NCBI GenBank assembly: GCA_050613775.1 | Contig: JBODTK010000011.1 | Location: 744,001 to 808,000, forward strand | Length of the DNA: 64,000 nucleotides | Direction of reading: 5' to 3' | Source of the DNA: Neocallimastix sp. 'constans' | Lineage: Eukaryota | Shown: in pieces, positions 51,157 to 64,000 of the stretch | Layout: the number at the start of each line of letters is the position of its first letter | Numbering within the stretch: position 1 is the first letter of the stretch | The notes under the pieces: generated by a model | What the model was told of the DNA's origin: nothing | The model's database searches: none | The model's input: the letters and a program-made list of their open reading frames with translations, nothing else | Position numbers and translations under genes: made by a program

Positions 51157-52340
51157 TGTTGGGGTTCATATTAGAAAAGGAGTGTGAACATTAAATAAAT
51201 AGATAAATTAAATAACTACTAAATTACACTAAAAGAATTTATTATTACACATTATAAATTTTATTTAAAGAATTATTATTAAAAATATTTATTATTTATA
51301 AATTATATAATTATTTTATTGTTAGAAATACTTTATTAATATTAATATTTATTTTTATAACAATATGGGAAACCTTTCAATTATTACTATTCCTAATTCA
51401 TTTTTACTACTATTTCTAATTCTTTTCTCAGAAAGGCCCCCTTCATAAAAATAATATGGATTATACATATTTTATATTATTTAATTACATTATTAAAATC
51501 CAAACATATAAATTAATTAATTACATAAATTAATATTTAAAAATATAAAATATAATTAATATAAAAATTATTAATATAGAATATAAGAAAATTATTAATA
51601 GTAAAGAATATAATAATATATTTTTATATAATAAATTATGTTAAAGTTTTTAGATAATTTGGTCTTAACGATTAGACAAAGATGCCAAATTATAGTAATT
51701 AATTAATAATTTTAATTTTACTCTTATTTAAAACATATTGTTATTAGTAAATTTTATAATTAAGTTTTTATTTAAAAAATAAATTTTATTTAATCTTAAT
51801 AATATTTTATTATATTATTATTTTATGTAATTATTACTATAATTTAAATTACAATAATCCTACAAAGGATTAATCAAAAGACTTAAACATGTATTTATAT
51901 AAAATAATTAATTATTAAAATATTAATTATTAATATGAATATGTAATAGTATTAATATAAGTTTGATATTGATAATATAAACTAAGATAATAATATAAAT
52001 ATTTAATATAAATAAAATATAAGAATCTAATATAGCTAAATATTATATTTTATAATTAAAATATAATATGTAGAAATTAATTTAATGACAATCACGTGTC
52101 TACATTATTTAATATATATTAATTTCAATATGTTAATAATATTTAGTCAATTAGTTGGCCTAGACTATTTCCTAAATATTTTAATAATAATTATTATATT
52201 ATTAATTATTAATATTGAAATTTAAATAACTGAATTATTAAAATTGAAATTGAATTAAATGGAAATTCAGTTATTATCTTAACAAATTATCAAGAATTTA
52301 ATTTATATTAAAAATATCATTATTATTTCATTCTTTATCA
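51157..52340 (-). mobile_element. G-type LTR unit (LTR ~51157-51430, antisense PPT, remnant), containing F3
   Basis: TGTTGGGGTTC start; GAAAGGCCCCCTTC at 51431 resembles the antisense PPT at 60717; ends TTCATTCTTTATCA; flanked by ATAA. Confidence 0.65.
51639..52284. mobile_element. Solo LTR family F (F3, inverted relative to F1/F2), TSD AATTA
   Basis: TGTTAAAG...CTTAACA; ATAACTGAATT..AATTCAGTTAT hairpin at the right end; flanked by AATTA. Confidence 0.82.
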
Positions 52341-52344
52341 ATAA

Positions 52345-53173
52345 TGTCATGGTTCGGGTTTTATTAGAATTTTTATTTAATTATTTATTTTTTTCTGTCT
52401 ACATTTTAATTATTGAAAAACTTCACTTATTTATACTTTTTGAAAAAAAAATAAATATGTAAAGCCTTTCTACATTTTATTATCATATTTAAAAAAAATA
52501 TTTACTATTACTAATTACTTAAAATTTTATATTAATTTAAATTAACTAATTCATAAATATTTTTATTTTAATAAATTTTGTTTATATAATTTTATGTTAT
52601 TTTTCATATACTAAAACTAAATTATTTAATATATACGAAAAGAAACAAACAAAATTTAAAAAGATTTTACAGAAAAATAAAGTTATTTTAATCAAGACTA
52701 TTAATATAATATTCTTATATTTTATATAAAATAAATTTAAAAACTATAATATATTTAATATTTATTATTAATCAATTAAGATTTGATTTTATTTGTAGGG
52801 AATAAAAATATTAAATAATCAATTTAAAAATAAAATAAAATACTAAAAAGAATACAATTTTAATATTGATACAATATAATAATAATATAATAATATATTT
52901 TAAAATAAAAATATAATATTAATATTGATAATAAACACTTAATAAAATAATAAAATTTTAGGTTAAATTATAGATATTAATATTAATAATAAAAATATAG
53001 AATTATTGATAATATTTTAGAAACTTTTAATAAAAATATAAAAAAAAATATATTTATAAAATAATTTAGTATAGAAAATATAGTAAAGTAAAATTAAGTA
53101 AAGAACAATATAATGGATTCTAAAGTAAGTTGAAATTCTAATTAATAATCCATTTTATGTTCGTTCTTTACCG
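52345..53173 (-). mobile_element. G-type solo LTR, TSD ATAA
   Basis: TGTCATGGTTC...TTCGTTCTTTACCG with ATAA on both sides. Confidence 0.7.
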
Positions 53174-53177
53174 ATAA

Positions 53178-53965
53178 TGGTATGGTTCATATAGTTTTAG
53201 GAATATAATAATAATTAACACAAATAATAAAATTACAATAAAAAAAAATTTGGTTTAAAATCAATATTTATTTATTTAAATTTATAAAAGAAAAATAATA
53301 ATATAATTATTTATTTTAATAAAAGAAAGTTATTGATTATATTTTATTTCACTAAAAATTACATGTATTTATATTTTTTTATCAAATTAAAATTTGTAAA
53401 GTATAACTATTTTTTTTAATAAACTAATTACTAATTATTTTAATAAATAAAACATTTAAATTGAAATTGAATTATTATTTTAGTTAATAACATTATTGTT
53501 ATAAATATTAGTTTTATATTATTGAATTATTAATTATTTAATAATAGTTTAATATTAATATATATAGAATAAAAATAAAGAGATTATACAGAATATTTTA
53601 ATTGTGGTTTAGCTAAATTTAGTAATTAAAAATAAATTTAAATTGATAATGAAAATTTTAATAACTAATTAAATAGATTTGATTATTTTCAATATAACAT
53701 ATTATAAAAGAAATATAATATTAATATATTAAGTGGGCAAGGACAATATTCTTGGCTAAAGATTTTTGATACTTTATAATGGAATCGGATCGATAATTCA
53801 AAAAGGAATTATAGGTTGATTGGTGATTTATTAACTTAAGATTTCTATTTAGTAATATTTGAAGAATATTGGAAAGTTCCAATTATATAGAATAGAATAA
53901 TCTATAAGGTTAGAATAATTTATATTATTCTAGCACAATTAGTATTATTTGTTCATTCTGTATTA
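53178..53965 (-). mobile_element. G-type solo LTR, TSD ATAA
   Basis: TGGTATGGTTC...TTCATTCTGTATTA. Confidence 0.7.
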
Positions 53966-53968
53966 ATA

Positions 53969-54878
53969 TGTAATAATTCTATTAAGAACTAACTCAAAAT
54001 AGAATTATTAACTACAACTTAACGACTAATTCATTAAGTTGAGAAAACAAAATAAAATAAATTTTTTTACCTTTAGAGTTTATTATAAAATTAATTATAA
54101 TAATAACACAAAAAGTAAGAGAAGAATTGTTTGTATAAATTGATTTTAAAAATATGTTTTTGAATAAAATATTTTTATTAATTTATTAAAGTTAAAAATA
54201 TAAAATTGTTACTATTATAACTATGTTTTTTATAATAATAACTCTTGATTTCTCAAAGAGAACTCAAGAGCCTTATTTATATTTTTTATGAAAATAAGGC
54301 TAAATAAGAAAGGGTTTTCTAATCTTAACAAATCTCTTATCTAGGAAAAGATTAGATAGAAAAACCTAGATAAGTTTTCGAGCGATATTCTATCCATATC
54401 GATCATCGCATTAATTAAGTAAAACCGATTACTTCTAAAAAGTAATTGGAAAAAATCTTAATTAACCGATTTTCCAATCTAATCTAATGATCGAAAATAA
54501 AAGAATAAAATAATAAAAGATATTTCGATCATATAATTTATCCTTATATTAAAAATATAAAATTAAATAGTTAATAAAATACAGAATACATTATAAAATA
54601 CAAAATACATTATAAAATACAGAATACAATACAATACAGAATACAATACAATACAGAATACAATACAATACAGAATACATTAGTTACAGTAGAGAATTTA
54701 ACGTATTGTAAATATATTATTTAAAATTAATTAAATAAATTTTGTTAAATTAATGAATATTTAAAATTAAATTAAATAAATTTAATAAATATTATATGTA
54801 ATTAAATAAAGTTATAGTTATAATAACTTAACTAAGAAAATATAATTATTTGTTAGAAAATAATTATAGATTCTTACA
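53969..54878 (-). mobile_element. Solo LTR, E-type, TSD TAATA
   Basis: TGTAATAATT...TTCTTACA, with hairpin and conserved block; TAATA on both sides. Confidence 0.88.
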
Positions 54879-54884
54879 TAATAA

Positions 54885-55687
54885 TGGTACAAGATCTGAA
54901 GATTTTATTAATAAAATAATATATTCTAATAATAAGGAAAAATTTAAAATGATATTCCCTAATTCTAAACCTAAATTAATTAATATACTATTCTAATTTT
55001 AGTCTAAACTATCCTAATCTAAAAGAATCTAAACTAAATTAAAATAACATAAACTAATATCCTAATCTAAACTATTCTAATCTAAACTAAACAATTTCTC
55101 TAAATCTATTACTATTTCTATAAAATGTTTAATACAACTAATCTATTACTAAACTAATTTTATACTATACTATCTTAATATTATACACTAAATACAAAAA
55201 CTATTAATTAAACACTTTTAAAACACTAAATTTAGAAAAACTATTTAATAAATATTAATTTATTTTAAACTATTTAATTTATTATTTAACTTTTAGAAAA
55301 TATTAAAAAAATAATATAATAATAAAGTCGTAAGAAAAAAGGGAGAGAACAAAAGTATTGTGTTACTTTGTTCTTTTTTATACTAATAAAATATTTATTT
55401 GATTGGATTAAAAATAAAAAAATTTAATAATAAAAATATAATAAACTTAAATTTTCTAAATTATTAAAATATTATATAAAAATTTTACAATATTAAATAA
55501 TATAATTAATACATGATTTTTCAATACATCTAATTATTTTTATTTAACTTTATAATATTCTATAACTAATATTTTAATATTCAATTTTTTTTTTTTTTAT
55601 ATTTATTTATAATTGTTAGTAATATTTTTTTACTTTAATATTTTCTTTAAATAATTTAATTTTTCTTTATTTAATTGTACCGTAACA
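54885..55687 (-). mobile_element. G/D-type solo LTR
   Basis: TGGTACAAG...GTACCGTAACA; the end resembles the D-type GTACCGTATCA. Confidence 0.65.
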
Positions 55688-55690
55688 TAA

Positions 55691-56163
55691 TGTAAGAAAT
55701 TACTTATAAAATTAATTATAAATAATTTCTTAACTACAAATTAACATTAATTATTACTAATTAACATTAATTTGAGAAAATAAAATTAAATATAATTAAA
55801 TAAATATAAAATAATATAAATAAATAATTATACTTAACTTAAATATATGATAGAGTTTATTATAGAAAGTTTATAATAAACAATAACACAAAAGGAATAA
55901 AAGACACAAATATTTATAAAATATGTTTTATTAAAAGGGTTTTGTTTTATTAATTAATTATTTTATTTGAATTATTATTTATTATAAAAATTCTAAAATA
56001 ATAACTCTTGATTTCTCGAAGAGAACTCAAGAGAATCGAATATATATAAATTAATAATTAAATATTATTGGTTAAAATAAATACAATAATTTAATGTATT
56101 AAATTAATGTATTAAATAAGAAAGATAGATAAATTTATAATAAATTTATCTAAATTTCTTACA
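55691..56163 (-). mobile_element. Solo LTR family A, TSD CATAA
   Basis: Reverse complement of 44242-44715; CATAA on both sides. Confidence 0.95.
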
Positions 56164-56168
56164 CATAA

Positions 56169-56664
56169 TGATACGATATTTTTATTAAACATCAATATCA
56201 ATATTTATTTTATTTTATTTGGACGATAACAGTAGGGAATAATTGACAAAATAATATATTCTAATATTATATAGAATAATACACACAATAATAATATTCA
56301 CACTTTATTATTTAGTTTATTTATTTTATTTATTTATTATCATTCATCAATAAAAATACATCATCAATATAAATATTTGTTAACTAGTTAAAATATAATT
56401 AAATCATTCAATAAAATATAATTATTTACTCAAATTTCTTATGTTATTAATGTAAACTAAATATAAAACTATACTAAACTATACTAATAAACATGTTTAT
56501 AGGTTAAATTATTAATAAAACTAAATTAATATTAATAAAAGAACCATTCCTTAAACTATTATTATTTACTAACTATATATATTATTACTAAATTATTATT
56601 AACCAATAAGATTTCACTAACCTAAATTTCACTAAATTATGGTATTTATGGTGGTACCGTATCA
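56169..56664 (-). mobile_element. Solo LTR, D-type
   Basis: TGATACG...CGTATCA terminal inverted repeat. Confidence 0.85.
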
Positions 56665-56667
56665 ATA

Positions 56668-57590
56668 TGTAAGAAATAATAATAAATTTTTAAATTTTAA
56701 TTATTATTTCTTATTATGTATTAATATATTAAATACTTAATAATTAGAAATACATTATTTTTACATTATCATTATTTATTTTGTAACAATGTACTATAAC
56801 TATTACATGTAAAATTATTTAAAAATTAGGAGTAGTTAACCAATTATTAGTTAAACTTAATAATTAAAAATTTTATTAATATTAGTTAAACTTAATAATT
56901 AAAAATTTTATTAATATTAGTTAATATTTATTCGTTATAATTATTATTTAAATGTTTAGACATAATCAAAAATTATTTAAAATTTTTCATAACAAAAAAT
57001 TTTTTCTAAATTTGGACAAATTTTTTCAATTTTTAATTTTTTTTATTTATTATTTTGGACATTTAATTAAAATTATTTATTATAAAAATAATTAGAAAAT
57101 CGATCTTTAAGGTTTTCCCGAATACTGATTGGTATCGGTTTTACTTAATGATCCGATGATTAATATGTTTAGAATATTAATCGAAACTTATTTAGGTTTT
57201 TCTTCTAATCTTTTCCTAAATAAGAAATTTGTTAAGATTAGACAATATTTAATTTAAAATTTTGAAAAGTATAAATAGAGACTCTTAAGTTCTTTTAGAA
57301 ATTAAGAGTTATTATTATAAGAAAAATAATAATAACAATAAAATTTTATAAATTAATAACAATAAATTTATTCTTTTTTAATCTTAAAATAAATTTTATT
57401 TATTATTTTTTTTTTTTTTTTTAAAAAAAAAAAATAATAAATTAAATTTATTTAAATTTTCTTATAATAAACTCGATTTATTTTAATAAAACAAATTTAA
57501 ATTTCTCAATTTTAGTTAATAATAATATTATTAATATAAAATTGTAGAATAGAAATTGATATAAAAGAATTTTTATTTCAATTTCTAACA
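56668..57590 (+). mobile_element. Solo LTR, E-type, TSD CAATA
   Basis: TGTAAGAAAT...ATTTCTAACA; conserved block and AAGAGTTATTAT. Confidence 0.88.
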
Positions 57591-57595
57591 CAATA

Positions 57596-57975
57596 TGATA
57601 CGATTTATTTTTAATAATACCATAAATTAATATTTATTTTTTTATCCGAGACGAATAACAAAAGGGAATTTTACAAAATAATATTTTCTAATAAAAGTAT
57701 AACTTTTCTATTATAAGTAATAAACAAAAATCCACCATATAATAATTTAATTCTATTTTATTAACAAAATGATAAAGCTCACAAAATAATTTAAATAAAT
57801 AAATCATAAATATAAATTTCACTTTATTTTTATTTAATAACTTTTATTTTTATTTTATTTTATTTTTTTTTTTTTTTTTTTTTTTTTTTATTATTTATTT
57901 TTTTTTATTTATTTTCAATAATAATATCACAAATACAATCTTCAATAATTAACTAAAACTACTCTTTTTCTCAAC

Positions 57976-58019
<44 letters not shown>

Positions 58020-58190
58020 CTCCTTTTATAATTTTTCTATTCTTTTTATTATTGGTTCTTCTTATTTTGGTTTAATTAATAATTTAGTTCTATAATATAA
58101 CAGCAATTATTTAGTTAATAATTAAAATATTTTTTTTAATTATTAAGTCACCATTTGATATTTTATAACATATATTCCTGTAACGTATCA
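57596..58190 (-). mobile_element. Solo LTR, D-type
   Basis: TGATACG...CGTATCA; the start is similar to 56169. Confidence 0.82.
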
Positions 58191-58193
58191 AAT

Positions 58194-58984
58194 TGTAATA
58201 ATTTCATTATAATATTTATTATAACAAAATTATTAACTACAACCTGATACTAACATCAAGTTGAGAAAATAAGAAAACAATTAGAAAAAATAAAGAAAAT
58301 TTTAACTTATCTTAACACAGAAGAGTTTATTATAAACAAATATAATAAACAACACAAAATAAAAGAACACTTATTGATAATGTTTGTAGATTTTATTAAT
58401 TATTATTATATATTTATTAATATTTGTTATATAATAATAACTCTTGATTTCTCAAAAAATTTAGAGAAATCAATAGCTATTTATACGAAAAATTAAATAA
58501 TAAAAATTTATATAAAATAATAATTTAAAAGGTTTTCTAATCTTAACAATTATCTTATCTAGAAAAAGATTAGAAGAAAAAACTAGATAAGTTCTTTAAG
58601 GAAAAACCAATTTATTAATATAATAAATTAGAAAAAACCTTAAAGTCCGATAAAATTAATTTATATTTTAATAAGAAAATAAAAAACTTTAAAGTCCGAA
58701 TAAGTTAATTCAAATTTTAATTAAAAATAATAATTAAATAATTAAATAATTAATTTAATATTATAGAAATTAATAAAATTTACAATTAATTGAATAAAAT
58801 AAATGTATACTAAGTAAATTTAAAGAAAATTTTTAATTAAATTAAAATTATAATTAAATGTACAAATACATATTAACTTGATAAATAATTACTAATTTAA
58901 TGAATGAATGTATAAATTATGTAATAGATAAATAATCAAATAAAGAAATTATAATTATTTAACAAATAATTATAGTTTCTTACA
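58194..58984 (-). mobile_element. Solo LTR family C, TSD CAAAT
   Basis: Reverse complement of 50359-51150. Confidence 0.92.
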
Positions 58985-58989
58985 CAAAT

Positions 58990-60180
58990 TGTAAGAAATT
59001 ACTTATAAAATTAATTATAAATAATTTCTTAACTACAAATTAACATTAATTATTACTAATTAACATTAATTTGAGAAAATAAAATTAAATATAATTAAAT
59101 AAATATAAAATATTATAAATAAATAATTATACTTAACTTAAATATATGATAGAGTTTATTATAGAAAGTTTATAATAAACAATAACACAAAAGGAATAAA
59201 AGACACAAATATTTATAAAATATGTTTTATTAAAAGGGTTTTGTTTTATTAATTAATTATTTTATTTGAATTATTATTTATTATAAAAATTCTAAAATAA
59301 TAACTCTTGATTTCTCGAAGAGAACTCAAGAGAATCAAACATATATAAATTAATAAATAAATATTATTGGTTAAACTAAATACAATAATTTAATGTATTA
59401 AATTAATGTATTAAATAAGAAAGATAGATGTTGAAATTATAACTGAATTGAAATCTCAATTTCAGTTATTTACATTTCAATAGTTAAAAAATATTATTTA
59501 TTTAATTATAAATAATATACATATTTAAATAATTAATAATTAATATAAATTCTTATTTAATATTTAAAGAATTATCTTAGGCCTAATAATTCTGAGAATA
59601 TTAGTAAATAAGATTTATATTAATAATTTCAATTATCTACATATGACGTCACATGTATTTATTTATATTATGTTTATATATATGTTTATATCATATATAT
59701 TAATTACTATTTTTAATTATTCAAATTAATTATACAAATTAAATTTATTTAATTATATTAAATATTTTAAACATATCAATATTGTTATTATTTTAATATT
59801 TTATTAATATTCATTTTACTATATTATTATAATCTTATAATTAAATACTATTATTATGTAACTTACAAGTATAAAAGAAAGATGTAAAAATCTATCTTTT
59901 ATGTTCTTTGTAAGGTTATAGTTAACCTATTATAATATAACTATATATTTTTATTAATAAATAAAAATTTTTTATCATATCAAACCAATTATTAGTTTTA
60001 ATTAAATGTTAAATTAACAAATTTAACTTTATAACTCTTTTATTTTAGTAATTTACTTATATCTATATAGTTATATTATATAGATATATCAACCTGATTC
60101 CTCGTTAAATTCAATCTGTCTACTTTTTAACAATAGATAAATTTTATAATAAAATAATAAATTTATCTAAGTTTCTTACA
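58990..60180 (-). mobile_element. Solo LTR family A (split by F2), TSD CAAAT/CAAGT
   Basis: Matches 55691-56163 and resumes after 60137. Confidence 0.92.
59429..60132. mobile_element. Solo LTR family F (F2), TSD ATAGA
   Basis: TGTTGAAATT...TTTAACA flanked by ATAGA. Confidence 0.92.
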
Positions 60181-60187
60181 CAAGTAA

Positions 60188-60850
60188 TGATACAATTAAT
60201 TTAAAAAGTATCATAAAATATGGGAAAAGCAAGAGGGAATTAATCAAGAAATATTGTATTTATGAAATAGTATAATAATTATATATTTATATAATACACT
60301 CAAATTATTATTTTAGAATATAATGTTCATTTTATTATGTTTATTTATTAAAATTATTCACTTTATTATATTTATTTATTAAAATAATTATTCACTATTA
60401 TTCATTCTCAATTAATACATTTCAATAAAAATAAAAACACAACATTTTTTTTATAATTAAAACTTCCTAATTTTTATCTTATTATTCTCTATATTATTAT
60501 TATTTAAAATTTGTACTTTTACATAATTAATTATATTATATATATTTTTATAATAAACTTATATTAATAATAAAATAATAAAATAATTTTATAATATTAT
60601 ATCTTATTAAATATTAATTTTAACTTATTTAGAAAATATTAATAATAAAATTATTTACAATAATATTTAAAATAATAATTATATCACTTTACATTCTTAT
60701 TAAATATCTCGTATCAGAACGCCCCTTCTTTAGACATGACTTCGTCCCTTGAAGTCAAAATAGAACAAAGTTAATATATATATTATTAAATATTTATAAT
60801 AAAATTTTTTTTATAAATTTTTTTTTTTTTTTTTTATAAATTTTTTTATA

Positions 60851-60898
<48 letters not shown>

Positions 60899-60909
60899 AA
60901 TTTTTTATA

Positions 60910-60952
<43 letters not shown>

Positions 60953-63900
60953 ATATATATATATTTTTTATAATATTACTCTTATTATTATTATTATTAT
61001 TATTATTTAAATTTTTTTTTTTTTTTTTTTTTTTAAAAAAATTAATTTTGTTTCTTTAATCTTTAAATTCAATAAAGTTAGTAATATAAGGAATAACATT
61101 TTTTAAATGAATGTTTCTTTCTGCTATTTCGTTAGTTATTGGATCACAAACAGTGACTGTGTTAAATTGTTGTTTCACAATTTTTAAAGGTCCTAAAAAA
61201 TATGGATCCAATTTTCTTCTATTAAAATTTCTGATTAATACTAAATCTCCAGGTCTAAAAGAACTTCGGAGTCGTTTTATTTGTTTCCTTCTATCACTCC
61301 ACAATTTATTTGCTGTTTCTATATTTTCTATTGCTTCCTTTATCCATTGATTATGATATATGAATTTCCTGATATAATATTCTTCTTCAGTTTCCTCAGG
61401 AAGTCTTTCATCCATATTAATAGTAAGTCCAAATGGTTGTAAGTCTCTTCTACCGTATAGTAATTCGAAACTACTATACTTAGTCACTTCATTTCTACAC
61501 GTCCTAAGTGCCCATAATGCACTTGGTAGAAGATCATCCCATTCCTTGTCATTACTTCCTAGAATCCTTAAGTATTTAGAGATTTCCCGGTTACGATTTT
61601 CTACCTCACCATTTGACGCAGGATGATATGTACTAATATAATGTACATAAACATCATTCAAATCTAAAAAAGCCTTGGTTTTATCCGCTACAAATTGTGG
61701 TCCATTATCTGTTATTAATAATTCAGGAATTCCATGTCTTGCAAAAACATTAGTGAGAAATCTTATAACATCTTCTGATTCTGTTTTTTTTAATGGCTCC
61801 GCTTCTACCCATTTGGTTAGGTAATCTACTAAAACTATTATATATCGGTTTCCATGCTTTGTTCTGTATAATGGTCCAATTAAATCTAATCCAACTCTAG
61901 AAAATGGTAGACCAGGTGGAGTAGCCAAATCTTCAGGATAGCTATTCGTTGGCTGAGGTTTGCAAGTTTGGCAATTATGACAACATTTAATAAATAATTT
62001 GATATCTTTGATCATACCCTTCCAGTAAAAATCTCTTCTCAGCCTATGATAGGTTTTATAAATGCCCTCATGTCCTATAGTATGAGCTGCATTTATTAAT
62101 TTCCATTTTTCTTCTTGATTGTTGATAACTTTCCTTAATATATTATTTTGTTTATAATATAGTATATTATCTATTTTAACAAATTTTTGATTAATATAAT
62201 TTTCTAAAAAATTATTTAAACAATTTCCACTATCCACAACATTATTGTTATTATTGTCATCAACTTTATTATTGTTATTATTAATATTATTATTACTATT
62301 ATAAGGATCATTAATATTAATAAATATATTATTAATTTCTTCTTTTTTATCTTTATTATTATTTTCTAAAATTTTATATTCTTCAATTTTTTCATTTAGT
62401 ATTCTTGTATTATTAACGCTATTAATAATATTATTATTTTTATTTTCATTATTTAGATTTTTATTGACATCCTTATTTTCATTATTTAAATTTTTATTTT
62501 TATTTTTATTTTCATTATCCTCAATATTAATTTTATTTTTGACTTTATTGTTATTTTCCTTAATAGTAAATTTATTTTTATTATTTTTGAAAGTGAATTT
62601 ATTAATGTTTTCATTAATAATATTTTTATTATTATTTTCATTTGTAATATTTGTAATTTTGCTTTTATCTTTAATATTATCTCCATTATTTATTAACTTT
62701 TCCTTTAAATCATTTTTATATTTTCCAACGTTATTAGTTTCTTTGTTTTGGTTATTAAATAACCCCTCCCCCTCCTTAAAATTGTTATTAATATTTAAAG
62801 AATTTTTATTGTCATTGATATTAATTTTATAATCTTTTTTAACAGACATTCTAGATAAAGCATCAGCAACTACGTTTTTCTTACCTTCTTCATATTTAAC
62901 ATTAATTTTTAAAGTACTAAATTCTGTTATCCATCTTACATGGCGACTGGAAGTAGGTTCCTTATTATTAAAAATATAAACTAATGGTTTGTGGTCAGTA
63001 AAAAGAATAGTTTCAAAACTATTGCCTGTAAGAAAAGGTTTAAATTTTTTTACACAATAGAAAGCAGCTAGACCTTCAAGTTCTGTTATACTATAGTTGT
63101 TTTCAGCGTTAGATAGAGTTCTACTTTCATAATATAAGGGTTTTTCAATGTTATTATCATCAAGTTGTAATAGTACTCCTCCAATACCCGCTTTTGATGC
63201 ATCAGTACGAATTATAAATGGCTTATTAAAATTAGGAGGTGATAAAATTGGAGCTTTAACTAGTTGAGTTTTTAAATATTCAAAGGCTATATTACATTTA
63301 GTAGACCAAATAAAAGGAGTATCTTTCTTAGTTAGTTCATATAAGGGTTTAGCAATTTGAGCAAAATTACTAATAAATTTCCGGTAGTACCCAATTGCTC
63401 AAAGGAATGAACGTAATTGTTTAATATTAGTAGGAGGTAACCAATTAGTAATTATTTCAATTTTAGAAATCATAGGTTTAATACCTTTAGTTGATAGAGT
63501 GTGACCTAATAAATCGACTTCTTCTTGAAAGAAGTGGCATTTTTCGAAATTGACTTTGAGTCCATTATTATTAAGAATTTGGAATACTTTTTCAATGTCT
63601 TTTACGTGTTGTTCCAACGAACTAGAATAAATAACTAAATCATCAATATAGATAAAAACACATACACCAATTAGATCAAAGAAAATTCTATTCATCTCCC
63701 TTTGGAAGGTTGCGGGAGCATTACAAAGACCAAACGGCATGACTTCAAAATTAAAATTGCCATACAAAGTAGTAAAACAAGTAATATCTTTATCATCAGG
63801 ATGCATCGGAATTTGATGATATCCTGAAAATAAGTCAATCGTAGATAATATTGTGGTATCACCACTGATATAATAAAGTATGTCATCAATAAGAGGAAGA

Positions 63901-64000
63901 GCATATGCATCCTTTAAAGTACAGTTATTAATCTTCCTATAATCAACACACATTCTAACTTGTCCATTTTTCTTCGGAACAAGTACAACGGGGGAAGACC
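60188..64000 (-). mobile_element. Ty3/Gypsy element running off the window; D-type 3' LTR 60188-60716, PPT 60717-60731
   Basis: TGATAC...CGTATCA LTR; minus-strand PPT AAAGAAGGGGCGTTC; pol upstream. Confidence 0.92.
61056..64000 (-). pseudogene. Gypsy pol (RT-RNase H-integrase), one in-frame TGA at 63399-63401
   Basis: CVDYRKIN, MPFGLCNAP, YIDD; RSFL*AIGYYRKFI; TDAS (RNase H); AHTIGH..CHNC; LDLIGP..TDNGPQF..NGEVE; GPY/F-like LDPYFLGP. All in one frame; no chromodomain seen. Confidence 0.93.

Overview
Extremely AT-rich eukaryotic DNA with GT-AG introns and long poly-A/T runs, most consistent with an anaerobic gut fungus (Neocallimastigomycota; this is an inference). The left half (1-27 kb) is gene-poor. 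It holds a Cys-rich membrane-protein gene, a frameshifted paralogue of it, a 4-exon TBC-domain Rab-GAP gene, Copia relics and micro/minisatellites. The right half (~28-64 kb) is almost entirely LTR-retrotransposon DNA: one intact, very young Ty1/Copia element, two disrupted Ty3/Gypsy elements, a non-autonomous element and more than 20 solo or partial LTRs. The most striking structure is at 50.3-60.7 kb, where 14 LTR units from two unrelated LTR groups are stacked end to end. They are separated only by 3-7 bp target-site-duplication remnants built on one ATAA core. Several TSDs include the terminal dinucleotide of the left neighbour, implying repeated, polarised integration at essentially one position, with the anchor predicted beyond the right edge of the window. 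Also notable: a Copia primer-binding site complementary to the 5' half of tRNA-Lys(CUU), a Tf1-like self-priming signature in the TGTAAGAAA LTR group, and a 118-bp flanking duplication across an inverted LTR pair. All coordinates were read by eye; no alignments or database searches were run.
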